64,000 bases of DNA from Mytilus californianus (lineage: Eukaryota), in NCBI RefSeq assembly GCF_021869535.1, contig NW_026262734.1, positions 98,704,001-98,768,000 on the forward strand, written 5' to 3'. Of this stretch, positions 49,765 through 62,258 are shown in pieces. A program made the translations under genes and the position numbers. The first letter of the stretch is position 1. Each line of letters starts with the position of its first letter. The notes beneath the pieces were generated by a model, which did not search any database, had not been told where the DNA came from, and worked only from the letters and a program-made list of their open reading frames with translations.

Positions 49765-50196
49765 AAAATGGACTGGTATCCGAAATAGGGACAAAAGCCT
49801 TTGAAAGCATATTCCATATACGATATCTTCCTCCGGTAATGACGGAGAAGAACAACACAGTTCGATTCTCAACAACGTCAACTCATTCCATAGTTTCAAC
49901 ACGTCAAAATATTCACGCAGTATCTACAAGCAATTCAAATGGCAATACAGTATCTTCCAGAAGTATCATTGTGACGTCCACCAGAAAGCCGATTAGTGTA
50001 GCAAATGTCGTCTATCAACCAGTTTGTTACAATTGTTTTCAACCATCGTTATCTCTTATACTGGTAATCGATAATACTGGTTCTATGAGTGACGACGTTT
50101 TCCAAGTAAGGAAGCAAGCTATAGAAATAGTGAAAAAGGCATACAGTTTACAGGAAGGCCTCTCCAACTACATATTTGTAACATTTAATGATCCTG
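49765..50196 (+). CDS. VWA gene exon: LRR-tail-like start, Ser/Thr-rich stalk, VWA N-terminus with MIDAS
   Basis: NGLVSEIGTKAFESIFHIRYL...STTSTHS...LILVIDNTGSMSDDVFQV...YIFVTFNDP. The VWA part parallels hemicentin/VWA7 FVFDVTGSM..D...FHDP. ttag|432 nt|gtaagc. Confidence 0.85.
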
Positions 50197-50600
50197 GTAA
50201 GCAAAAAGATAAAGATTGTAGCTTACAAAAATGAACTGAAACGTAACTTCCTTTTAATGAATATTCAATTGAAAAGCCTTCAGTATTTATTCACTCGAGA
50301 AGTGAGTTTTTTAAAAAAAGCAAAGCGTGCAAATATTTTGATAAATTTTGAAAATATTACTATAACTTGTTTATAAATATCCTTAATAATGGGACAACGT
50401 GATCGTTAGTTCTATATTCCGAAATTCTATTACCGAATGTTTTCTTTGAAATGTTTTAAACTGCTATAAGATATGTGAGGGAATTCGATTTGATTTACCA
50501 CGGTTGACTTAGAAGCACTTTAGACAATACCATTGAATTAATGAGAATGAAATTGTTTGCATTATTTACAGAAATGATTCTACACAAAATATATTGAATA

Positions 50601-51112
50601 TAAAAATAAGGAGATGTGGTATGATTGCCAATGAGACAACTATCCACCAAAGTTCAAATGAAGTGGATGTAAGCAATTATAGGCAACCGTACGGCCTTCA
50701 ACAATGAGAAAAACCCATACCGTATGGTCGGCTATAAAAGGCCCCGACATGAAAAATATGAAACCATTCAATTGAGAAAACTAACAGCCTAATTTATAAC
50801 AAAACAATTTACGAAAAAAAAATATGACAGACATGAACCAACGATAACCACTTAACTACAGGCTCCTGACTTGGGACAGGCACATAAAGAATGTGGCGCG
50901 GTTAACATGTTTGTGAGCGCTCAACCCTCCCCTAACCTGGGACAGCGGTGTAACAGTACAACATAAGAACAAACTATAAAAATCAGGTGAAAAAGGCTTA
51001 ACTCATCAGATGGATACAAATAGAAATACATTTAACAAAAACACAGAGTAGACGTGGACGGGTACTTATACATGCCCACAACAAAAAGAAACTTAGTACA
51101 AATCTGAGAGTA
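50601..51112 (+). repeat. Dispersed repeat family B (fragments also at ~1140-1200, 10780-11000, 17370-17830, 36640-36960, 38165-38385, 51895-52092, 59900-60300)
   Basis: Shared motifs aggagatgtggtatgattgccaatgagacaact, gtacggccttcaacaatgag, cctgacttgggacaggca and gtcgttt. Confidence 0.8.
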
Positions 51113-51615
51113 ACTTGTTCAAATAGCATATTACATAAGTGGAGGGTAAAGTTAAGGATGATACTAGCTTTTCCACTGTTTTCGAGAAGATCCTGTATAA
51201 GGTGTACGTAATACAAATTATAATACACGTCATTGAAAAAGAGGATCTCAGTTGATTCTATTGTCTATAAAAAATATATTGACAAAAAAAAAACAAAAAA
51301 AAAACAGCCCAAGGTTAAAGATAAACAAGGGTTCAATCACGTATGAACTAACTGTTATCCGAAGTCACACATCACACAAAAAGTATTTATATGACAAACC
51401 CGAATAAATCACCCAATAAAATTTTTTTCAGAAGACGTCTCAGCATATGTTATATAAAAATGCACAAACGTTTCCAATTCTATTTGTACCCAAACCACGG
51501 TTTTCGTTTCCATGTTTCTTAGTGAATCTATAGAAGGGTTTTTGCTAAAAACAAAACATCTGAATATATTCTACACATTAATGATATTCATGATTACGAA
51601 TTTGTTTATTTACAG

Positions 51616-51735
51616 TATCCAAAAATACTTTTTACAAAACATTAGATGGACAGCAAATAATCAACAGATTAAATCAGTTAGCAGTAGATGGGGGAGACGA
51701 TTGTCCAGAATACGCATTCACTGGACTACACACTG
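51616..51735 (+). CDS. VWA exon
   Basis: SKNTFTKTLDGQQIINRLNQLAVDGGDDCPEYAFTGLHT (GGxDCPE motif). tacag|120 nt|gtttgt. Confidence 0.88.
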
Positions 51736-52104
51736 GTTTGTCATAATTTGCCGGAATATTTACAACATTTAAAAAATTTCATTTATGATCGTAGAAAAAA
51801 AAAACTTTCAACTGACATATCTGAGATAAGTTAAAATTGTTATAAGTGATTTTAAAATAAATTTTTACTTATTTTATATTGATACATTAGTCTTTTCTCA
51901 TACGCGTGAGATGTTTAGCTACATGTAGCTATGAAATCAGGTTTAACGCACCAATTTCTACATAAGGAAATGCCTGTACCAAGTCAGAAACATAACAGTT
52001 GTTTTACATTCGTTTGATGTTGCCATTTGATAAAGGACTTTCCGTTTTAAATTTTCCTTTGAGTTCGGTATTTTTGTAATTTTACTTTTTTTCTATCGTT
52101 ATAG

Positions 52105-52317
52105 CCATTACGCATGCAAACAATGGATCTTGTGTATTTTTGTTTACTGATGCTGACCCGAAAGACTATTTCTTATGCGAGTCAGTCGGCCGTCTGATTG
52201 AACAGAAAAATATACATCTAGTTACATTTCTAACGGGAGTTTGCAATGGAGAACTAGTGAAAGGGAAGTCAAGTGACTGTATCCAGACAAAACAACAGCC
52301 TATCAGTTGTTCTTCAC
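52105..52317 (+). CDS. VWA exon
   Basis: ITHANNGSCVFLFTDADPKDY...IEQKNIHLVTFLTGVC. atag|213 nt|gtatgt. Confidence 0.88.
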
Positions 52318-52794
52318 GTATGTAAAGTTATCAGAAAGCATATATGAATCTTTTTAGAGGATAAGTCCACGGGTGTACCACTTTTCGCTCCATAGGCAGT
52401 TTTGTTGTCCTTGAATTGTTTTCATGATACACTTTCACTTAATCTAAATTATGTACTTGATCTAAAACTTTCCAACTTTCTTAATCATCATAGAAGGTTT
52501 TGGCTTAAACTTATCTGTTTAAATGGGTTATTTTTTATTGTTTGGTATCTCTAACTTTTGGTCGTGCACCTGGTAGAGTGATTCCAGACGTACCTGTCGT
52601 ACACACGGTAACATACATTAACAATAATAATGATAATTCCACACATGAAAGCAATAATATGTTAAGTGAATATCCCATAATTAATGGATCAATATTACTA
52701 TGAATATAAAACATGTATAATTTAAGATTTCAATAAAGATAACGTTAATCAAGAATTTTTCTTTTATTAGTACCGGTATGTGGTATATATGATA

Positions 52795-53490
52795 CAGTGA
52801 AGTTGTATAATCAGGGATTATATAGAATCCCTGATTTTTCAGGGATTTTGCATATAGACCCTGAAAATGATCAGTGGTTTTACATAATCACTGCAATTTT
52901 AAAAAATATTTTATTTTTGCTTGATTTTCATTGTTTTTTAAATTGGCGTATTAAGGGGAGGTAACTCTGAAATAGTACATTTTCTAAAGGAGTCTACATA
53001 AAATTTTGCTATTCTATGTTTCAGCAGAAAAAAACGTACGGTGACCCTATCTTTTCTTTTGACATTCTGAAAGCATTTTCTAAAAGCTATCTTCTAGTAT
53101 TTTATTTTACAATTCTATCATTAAGTTTGTTTATTCCTGTATAATCCATACAAAATGTGTCATTTTTTTCATAACCTGTAGCTTGAGAAAAGGCTCGGTG
53201 ACCTATCAGTTTTATTATATGTTTAAACATATCACAATATATACTACGTTTTGGCAAAGTATGAAAACATTCTATCATTTTTAATTTATACTCCCATACC
53301 ACCTTAACTTTTATTCATTGTCTCTTCATTCCAGTTCATATGTATAATCCCTGACATTTGTTTCTAGTGATTATGCATAATTCCTGAAAATTTTAGTAAT
53401 TATATTTTATCGCTAAAGTTACCAGTGAAGATACATAATCCCTGAAAATTTTAGGGATTATACATCATCCCTAATTATACACATTTACTG
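52795..53490. mobile_element. MITE with ~55-bp TIRs (CAGT...ACTG), Tc1/mariner-like
   Basis: cagtgaagttgtataatcagggatt... is inverted to ...aatccctgaaaattttagggattatacatcatccctaattatacacatttactg. Confidence 0.7.
52955..53303. mobile_element. TTAA-flanked MITE (Kolobok/piggyBac-type TSD) nested in the previous element
   Basis: ttaa|ggggaggtaac ... cccataccacc|ttaa. Confidence 0.55.
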
Positions 53491-54381
53491 TTACATAGCT
53501 AGATCAGTGTATGTAATGTGCGAATCATGAAATGTCATTTTCACTGTATCCGTGATGAATTTCTGATGTAGAATGATAAATAAACAGACGACAAATTCAT
53601 GATTTTTGAATAAAATAAGAAATAATATATAATTTGTACTGTTTTTATAAATTCATGATATAGGTTTGAGATGCGGACGGATTTTCATCGCGCCTACAGC
53701 CATCCATGTACAAAATTGATACACACATAGATAAATATTAAGAATAGTTCGCGAACAGAGCGTGCAAGAGATTTAAAAGTAGCAGTTAAGTTTCATTTGC
53801 AGAAAAATGTACCTTTTAACATAATTATCAATGTTGTATAACTTAAAACAGGTTTTGTTATTCAGCTTGTTGATATTGAATCAAATTCCACTATGCTGTT
53901 TTCGTTATGCGATTCATGTTTACTGTCGAATAATGATACTGAACTTTCATTTTCACTGTAGGGCGATTCATTTCTATTGTACATGCGATGCATTTTCACA
54001 GAAAGAAATTAATTAATTTTCATTATATAAAGTCTTAATTCAGCCGAATCTCTAACAAAATTTATGAAGTCAGAAGGATTGATAATATATACATACACTC
54101 ATACCACATCTTCTTATATCTATTTAGTGAGTGAAAATCTGAGGTAATATATGATCAATAAATTCCTTAAAAATGGCATTTATTGCTAATATAGTCAATT
54201 CTATTTTCGCTAATAATTTGTACAGATCCAGATCTATATGTAGGATAAAATTTATCCTTTCCAATGACACGCCATCATTGAATACATATATCTTGGACAG
54301 TTAGGCCAATCCACGTCACCGAAAAAAGCAAAGTTTCTGTTTCGGTCTAAATTTACATCGCATACTAATAAATTAAACGTT

Positions 54382-54555
54382 ATTAGAGCTATTTTCCGAA
54401 TGCATGTAGTTTAAAGTAGTGGTTGGCTTGCTTGCTTTGTTTGTATATATATATGTGCTTAAGCATTGTAATTAAGATTGAGCAAACATTTATACAAAAA
54501 AGCGAGCAAGCCAACCAAACCTTTAAACAACAAGCATTAGGAAAATAGCTCTAAT
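54382..54555. repeat. 174-bp foldback (palindromic MITE-like)
   Basis: ~65-bp arms attagagctattttcc...ggttggcttgct...gtata and their reverse complement. Confidence 0.85.
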
Positions 54556-56069
54556 GGATGCATTTTAGATAACAAAGAGCATTAACAAAACGATCTTCAT
54601 TTCACGAATGAATGAGTGGAAACGTTTTCATCTTGCACAAACAATTGTCGCTTGGATGACTGGATAATTGATATGTATCATGACATTGTGTATACGTCTA
54701 ATACAGTAAAGAAAGTTCAAGCAACAGTCGAGTCACCTTAATTTATGTTTTAATTTCTTTTAAGTCCGTGTTATAAATAAGCAAATACCCAATTGTAAGA
54801 ATACAAGGAAATATTGCAAACATTTCATTGTTACATGTTTAAATGGTTCTAATGTTTTACTTTTACAAATTGTGACTTGGTTGGGGAGTTATCTCATTGC
54901 CGCCACTCATACCACATCTTCTTATATCTATACCACGGGGTATAACCGCCGTACAGTTGATTAATCGCTACTCTTTGCGATGTAGGTAGATAGACCGTTC
55001 TTATTTTTTCAAAAAATACTAATTGACGCAATGTTCAGATAAGTATTCAATGTTTACTAAAACAAAGTTTAGTGCTCCTGGCAGCATTGTATATTATTTA
55101 TATTACATGAACACCATGTGACTATTTTAAATAGACAGGTCTGTGAATTACTTGTAAACATCGCGAAACAAACACTCTGTGTAACTCAAACTTGATTAAA
55201 CTATAAATAGAGCATAGTTGGTTGGCTCTTACACTAATGCGACCGTGTATTTTGTGATTGTTGTTGTTAAAAATACATAATGCGAATGAGAAACCCGTTG
55301 TTTCAATTATTTTTGAAGACATTTACTTGAAAAACTGACATCAGAATTTTGGCACTGTACGATTCATTCTCTTTGTAGTTTGTTTATTTTCTTTAGTACC
55401 ATTCGTTGTACATTCTTGTACTGTTCGTTGTGCAAAAGCCTATCAATATGGTAGAAATATGTATGACACGGCGTGACAAATTTTCAAAGCTTTTTTTAAG
55501 CGAGTTCTAAAACTTTTAAAGGAAAATTCTCCATAGAAATACGTTATATTCATGAATATTCTGCTCCAGTAAATTTTCGGATCCATGACAAGCTTATAGT
55601 AAACTCACCCACAATATTTGAATATGCATGATATGAACGTGGTTATACCCGTGTATATTCAAGTAGGCATCTACAACTAGCTTGCATTTCAAATTGTAAA
55701 TATCATCAATATTAAAGTCATTTAAACACGATTTTCAGTTGTTGCATGTCGAATTAACATATAAAACAACAATGAAAATTCATCGCACCTTCAAAAATTC
55801 TACATCAGAAATGATTGCACTTACAGTGATAATTCATCGCATCTATAGTAAAAATGAATCGCATACAAAAATTCATATTATGGATTCTGCTTATTTAATT
55901 ACACTTTTTTGGACTTTAATCCTGTTATTATACATTAAAAAGTTATATTCTAATGAAATTGTGTTAAAACATACATTCAAATCAATTATTTTGTATTTGT
56001 AAAAGGTAAACAAACGCAGTTTTCCCCATCAGCCTTTATTCTACAATAGACATACTCGCATACAACATG

Positions 56070-56335
56070 TACAGTGAAAATGAACTAACTGGATTCGCAC
56101 TTTATATACATTGTAGATGATGTCCTCTCACTAAATAATTCAAAATTTTGGTAATTATGCTGCTCGCATCTACCACAACGAATTTGAATTAAAGGAAACC
56201 ACAGATACAGTTAAGGCTGCCCAAATATTGACTTCCATCTAGAAATTGACAACTACGGTCAGTTGAGAACTATATTTTACAACAAAAAAAATCATTTCAG
56301 CTTTCCAATTGTGAAAGAAGAAGTTCACGAAGGGT
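56070..56335 (+). mobile_element. Penelope-like RT fragment, 5' part
   Basis: Degenerate YI.DDVLSLNNSK....IY.NEFELKETTDT.K....DFHLEIDN.GQLRT...NK...FSFPIV. Confidence 0.7.
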
Positions 56336-56849
56336 CCATATTTGCCATAAAATTCTGTGATATTTCACTTTATTGCAACAATTTGATGACATAATATCAT
56401 AAAATATCTGCAAATACAAAATAAACAAGCTCTGAAACATAAGAACAATTGTGACGTCATGATGACGTCAAAAATGTGCAATCAGATGCGACGTTGGCTC
56501 ATGCAAGGACCACCATGATTTTTTTTGTAAGGATGCATATGTGTATCTGACCCATATACATCTTTTTATAATGATTTTATTTTGGTCGAATGGTGTGGCC
56601 AATGTTTTTCAGAAGGAAATAGACCTTTCAAATGCGTATTAATTTAGCTAAAAACTAGTAAAATATCAAACTTTTGTAGCTGTCAACATTGTTAAAACAA
56701 GCAGCAATCAACCAAAGTGTCAAGTTTATCTCAGTTTGCATATATATTTAAGGTCTTCAATATAGGTTTTCACATGTAGTAATACAAGTGTGATTTTTCG
56801 GGCCAATCTCAGGCCTTCAGGGCCATACTCCTCTCTATTTTTATGTAGC

Positions 56850-56970
56850 TGAAGGCCGCCTCCTAGCACGGGATTTTCTCGCTGCATTGAAGACCCTTTG
56901 GTGGCCTTGGGCTGTTTTCTATTCTTTGATCGGGTTGTTGTCTATATGATACATTCCATGTTTCCATTCT
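56850..56970 (+). mobile_element. SINE fragment (Nin-domain-like body and tail)
   Basis: gggattttctcgctgcattgaagaccc.ttggtggcc...cgggttgttgtct. The tail also occurs reversed at ~1318-1375. Confidence 0.55.
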
Positions 56971-56974
56971 CTAT

Positions 56975-57330
56975 TCTACATTCCAGCAGCGTCTGTATAT
57001 GGAGTATATATATTTCCCACTTAATACGCTATTCCTAAGCTTGCGTTCACTATCATAATTTCTTAATAGATGGTTCCTGGTCTTGATGATTTTCAAATTA
57101 TAGCCAAAATTCCGTCATCCTATCCGCGTTTAGGACATCACCGAATGCGACTTATTAAAGATGTTTTACTTGCCGTGAGCATCACGTCGGATGGGATTAG
57201 TGGAGCAGGATCTCATTAACATACGGAGCACCCGAGATCACCACCAGTTTAAAATAGTTTGTGTTGCTAAGTGTTATGTTTTGTGTAGTGTTTTTAGATT
57301 TTTGTTTGACTTTTTGTCTATGTATTTTTG
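56975..57330 (+). mobile_element. Penelope-like fragment, 3' part (continuation of 56070-56335 after insertions)
   Basis: acattccagcagcgtctgtatatggagtatat... and ggagcac.c.gagatcacc, homologous to 39060-39500. Confidence 0.65.
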
Positions 57331-57337
57331 GTCATAA

Positions 57338-57380
<43 letters not shown>

Positions 57381-57778
57381 TGTTCTCTTAAACCATACAA
57401 AGTCAGAAATATTTGTGATATGAAGTATAAATGTAGTGGTTTATACTTCCTAAATTTGTCTTTGAAACAATCTTTTTCCACAGAAAACGCCAATTTTTGA
57501 GAATATATCCAAATTCGGAGACCGTTATCGATCCGTGTCTTATACGCACTTCCGGTATTTGAAACTAATTACGGACTCAGACTTGGAAAAACCATGATAA
57601 TTTTCTGGATTTCGTTTACGATGTCACAAAAAAATAAAAATAAAAAAAAAAAAAATTCCGACTCACCGACCATATTTTTCAAAATGATGTTATCGGAAAC
57701 ACAGAATTTATTTTAGGCCTAGGGGCCCGTTTACACATAAAAATGGGGGAGAGTCCGGACGACGGGTGCCTGTGGCCT

Positions 57779-58505
57779 GAGCCAACGCTTACAAATTTTG
57801 TCACATCTGCATGCACTCCACTCCTTTTCACTCACTCCATATTTAAACAACTGTCCAAAAAAGGAATGGGTGTTGAACGTGTAGAAGTGATCTCGATCAT
57901 GGCAGCCTTGGCCAACGCTTACAATTTGTCACATGCACAATGCCCATGGCATGGCAGCCTTGGCCAACGCTTACAATTTGTCACATGCACAATGCTCATG
58001 GAATACACCACAATCATATTATACATGTCATAAATTCAAACTATTTGTCATCAAAATGCAGGCTGAAATGTCCTTACCCCCACATAAATTTGAGACTGAA
58101 TCTGCTGTAAATAAGTGGTGCACCCTCCTCAAACACAAGGTGAAATGTCGATACCTATTAATACGTACCCCACATAAAATTGGGACTGAAGTTTTCGCAT
58201 TACGTCCCCAACACAAATTTGGGACTGAAGCACTCATACTGAAACCATAGAAAATTAGTGGTGCAGCCTCCTCAAACACGGGGAGAAATATTGTGACCAT
58301 AAATTACCCCCTCCTATATAAATTGCGGACTGAAATACACGTATACTTTAGATCAGACACTCGATGGCTGAAATGTCATGACCTAAAATTACTTCCCTGA
58401 TGTAAATTTGTGTGCTATGTGCTGTATATGCCTCTGAGCAGACAATCGCAGGCTGAAGTGTTGTTATCTAAATTGCCTACTCTATATAAACTTGCGGACT
58501 GAATT
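57779..58505. repeat. Composite degenerate repeat array
   Basis: Three gccaacgcttacaa.ttgtcacat units are followed by five ...taaa.tt g(g/a/cg)gactgaa units interleaved with ggctgaa.tg and ggtgca.cctcctcaaacac. Confidence 0.75.
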
Positions 58506-58669
58506 TTCTAGACCCGACAGTCTGGAGTATCAGTGGCGTAGCTAGGGTAAAATAATGTGGATACTTTCCATTGCAAGAAAAATGGGGTGGTAAATTTTGG
58601 TTACTTTCTACTGGAAACATGTAGATGCTCAAGCATACAAGCTAACTACAGTATAATAAATATTATATA

Positions 58670-58738
58670 CAGTGAAGCCTGCCTAAACCGAACACCTTTG
58701 GGACTGAAGATTTTGTTCAATTTAGACAGGTTTCACTG
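58670..58738. mobile_element. 69-bp Tc1/mariner/pogo-type mini-MITE
   Basis: TA|cagtgaagcctgcctaaaccgaac ... gttcaatttagacaggtttcactg|TA, 24-bp TIR with 4 mismatches. Confidence 0.8.
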
Positions 58739-60392
58739 TAATAATAACTAGTTACTGTATGTAATATACAAAATGTACTTTAAAATTTCATGTCGGGTGC
58801 TCTTTGTTTTAACACTTGCCCAATTGTACAGCGATTTCGCGGTCATCTTCTAGTTGTTTTGATTTCTTCTACTTGTGATGTTTAATTATTCTGGAATGAC
58901 AATCAGGGACGGTCAGAACCAAAAGTCGGTCATCCAGTTAAATAAAACGTCATTAAAAACAACCAAAATGGCCTTAGCAGAATTGACAAGACCAACTCTG
59001 GTAGATACTAGAAACATATAAAGATATATTGAACAATCATTATAAATATGTATCTTGAAAAATTTGGGAACTGATTTTATTGTTAAATTATGATACCTTT
59101 GTTTGAATGTGGCCTTGATACGTCGAATATTACAAAGAACAAGGACTATATTGCTGGCAGGGATTGAAACTTTATATTGGTATGATATATCAAAATTAAA
59201 CAAAGAGATTATTTAAAATGGTAATCAAATGCATTATATTATGTAAAACTTACCTTTTACTTAACAGAAAGATGCATTCAATTTATACACTTATAATTAT
59301 CGAAATATATTAAAGATTGCAGAATTCGAAATCAATTTGCAACAAGATAATAAAAGGTATTGTGGTTAAATATTTGAAAATAATGCATTCACAGGTTAAG
59401 CATCTTTTGCCATGTATTCATTACCAAAAGTACTATATGAAAACTGCTATATTTACCACATGGAAACAAATTAAAAAAATACTTTAATCGGTCCTTTGAT
59501 ATTTTAGTATAGGAACACATGGTTTATTCATTAGTTGAAATTGGGCTGGATTAGCTTTTCTCCGTTGGTTAATTGTCATTAAGCTTATTGCTAATCTGAT
59601 TAGTCAAGCCCCTTCCGACTCATTTTAAAAGTTTGTTCTTATGCTGTCTTATACATCAGACGCGCGTTTCTTCAACAAAAGACTCATCAATGACGTTCAA
59701 ATAAAAATAAGAAAAGGTCAAATAAAGAACGAAGTTGAAGAGCATTGAGGACCACAAATTTTGAAAGGTTTTGCCAAATACAGCTAAGGTAATCTATTCC
59801 TGGGGAAGAATATCCATAATATTTCGAAAAATTTAAAGTTTGGTAAACAGTGAATTTATAAGTATGGCCATATCAATGACAATGTTTTGTGGGGGTTTAG
59901 TGCAAACACACATGTTTTACACCAGCACATTATTTATGTTTCTGTCGTAAGCCAATAGTCTGTTATCCAGTGGATATCGCAGGTTTTCTTTTTTCAATTG
60001 TTACACAATTTATTATATCGTAGCCTTTTATAGCTTACATTACCGTATTGGGTTTGCTCATGTTTGAAGGGGATACGATGACCTGACATTCCCATATTTG
60101 GTCTATGATTGATATTTGTCATTTTTGGCAATACTACTATATCTTCTTATATTTATATCATATTTTAAATATGGACACTAAAACAAATATTGTTTGAAGA
60201 TATTTTCACTAGAGACCAAATGAAGAAGAAGCTAAAAACTATGGGTCATTGTACGGCCCTCAACAATGAGCAAAATCCATACCGCATAGTAAGCTATAAA
60301 AAAAACGCACGAAGACTGTTTTAGATCATTAGTTATAAGATCCCTAATGAAGGGAAGTGAGTTTTAATGTTCAAACTGGTGATATATTGTAG

Positions 60393-60502
60393 ACAGAAAA
60401 AAGAGATCACCGACATTTGGTGGTTTTTTTGCTGGTCTTGGAGGAACTATAATAGCTGCACCAGAACGAGAAATAACACAACCATTGAAAACATTGCTGG
60501 AG
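60393..60502 (+). CDS. VWA exon with RKKR furin-type site
   Basis: RKKRSPTFGGFFAGLGGTIIAAPEREITQPLKTLLE. tgtag|110 nt|gtagtt, phase 1-0. Confidence 0.75.
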
Positions 60503-61666
60503 GTAGTTATTGTTTTATAAATATATATTAACCCGAATTTTCTTCTAGAAAATAACGTTATGCCATATATATGAATTTTGGTGAAAATTACGGAAATCTA
60601 GTTAAGGTAACGGTTGATATTTTCCATTTGTCTTAGGCACAATCCCGTCTTCTTTCGACTTTTGGTACATGCATAAAATATGCGACTTTGTGTTACTATT
60701 ACCACATTATTACTTTTTATGTTCAACACGACTTGTCCACTAGAGTTTTGACTGCTTACCCTGCGTACCACGCAAGTTAACCTTTTGTTTTGTGGTGGGG
60801 TTTGGATTGCTTAATCTTTAATTATAAGTGTAGTACTGGAATGCTGTTTATGTTTTGATCTTGTTTCTGATTGCAATGGGTTGTCTTTATAACAGTGCAG
60901 TCCAGTTCAATTTAAAAATTAATTTGTTATTCCTAAACATATTAAAAAGGTTAAATAAACGAACTCATGATATCGCATAGGTCTTCCTATGAACAATTGC
61001 AGACCTTTCCTGTTCAAGTAGGCATCTTGTCTGATGGTATATATTTCATGCATAATTATGACAACATCAAACAGAACATTAATCAGTTACTTGTAATGAA
61101 GTTCTGTTATTTGGGGTTGTCTTGGACCATGGATGGGACATTATACATGCCATTTACAATTTACTAAAGAGGTAGTTGCATGTTTTCTAAATGTTAGCAA
61201 CATAGCAATAGTAATTAATGTCCCCATTCTGTTCGTGACTACATATGTATACATAATGCACAGCCAAATGAACGCTTCTTTAACATTGGTCTAACTATAG
61301 CACGGGGAGAGCCCAAGTTATATTAGCATATAAACTCATTATAGATACCAGGATTGAAATTGTGTACGCCAGACGCGCGTTTCGTTCCACATCAACCTTA
61401 GGAGTATGAAGTAGTTTAAACCTAAGTTAATGTTTGAAAAAAGCATGTAATAAAGACTTCAGTGTCGAGTCGAAAAGCGAATAGTAACTCTACCAAATTG
61501 TCGTTTTAAAAATGTGAAAAAAACATAAGCAATTGACGTGAAATTTTTGAATTAACAACAAATTAATCAAGAAGAAAGCACATAACTATTCGTGAAATCA
61601 AGTTTATAATAGATGATATACGCATAATTTGCATGGATTTTCGATAATTTGAGAATTTATTTTCAG

Positions 61667-61817
61667 AAAAACATGGATATTAAGTATGTCTTTATTGCTA
61701 AGAATAAAATGGAGTCAAACGAGTTTTCGTTTCCAGTTGACGCATATTTGTCTGTCCTGGTAATAGAAATTAATGGTACAAGCAGCGAAAGTGATATATG
61801 ATTTGTTGGTCCAAGAA
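61667..61817 (+). pseudogene. Post-VWA beta-domain exon with in-frame TGA (61799-61801)
   Basis: KNMDIKYVFIAKNKMESNEFSFPVDAYLSVLVIEINGTSSESDI*FVGPR (the FxFPVD motif is VWA7-like). tttcag|151 nt|gtatgt. Confidence 0.7.
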
Positions 61818-62258
61818 GTATGTATCCGTGATTTAATCAATAAGAAGGTATACAACGGTCGCTTTTTGACCTCTAAAACTAATTTAAATCTCAGGATTCC
61901 GATGCTAACAAGACATAATTGTAGTTCAGTCATAATTCATTTTTTTTCAATTGTGTCTTACTTATTAGCTTTAGGTTTCAAAGTGCAAAACATGTAGAAA
62001 TAGCATCCTTTTCAGATATCGCCATTAATATTAAGATATGAGTCAAGACATATCATGTTTCATACAAAGATTTTGAGGTGGGCAAAATTTTTTTTTTTCA
62101 TTTAATAGTATTTAATAGTGCAAAACATATGTATACAATGACAATTTCAGATCAAATATGTCCAATTCTATCCGTATAAAACTGTACTTAGGAGACAAAA
62201 TTATTTAATTCTATCATAATTGTGAAAAGATATACGAATTTGACTATTTTGCATTCAG

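Noticed and set aside
57779-58505. CRISPR-like repeat-spacer appearance (also 47090-47400)
   Set aside because: Repeats are degenerate with irregular and related spacers, the context is eukaryotic, and no cas genes are present.
58531-58547. cagtggcgtagctaggg, a hAT-like left TIR
   Set aside because: No matching right end or 8-bp TSD was found in the window.
61003-61167. Phase-0 candidate terminal exon for the VWA gene (TFPVQVGILSD...)
   Set aside because: The exon at 61667-61817 carries the expected FxFPVD motif and better splice signals.
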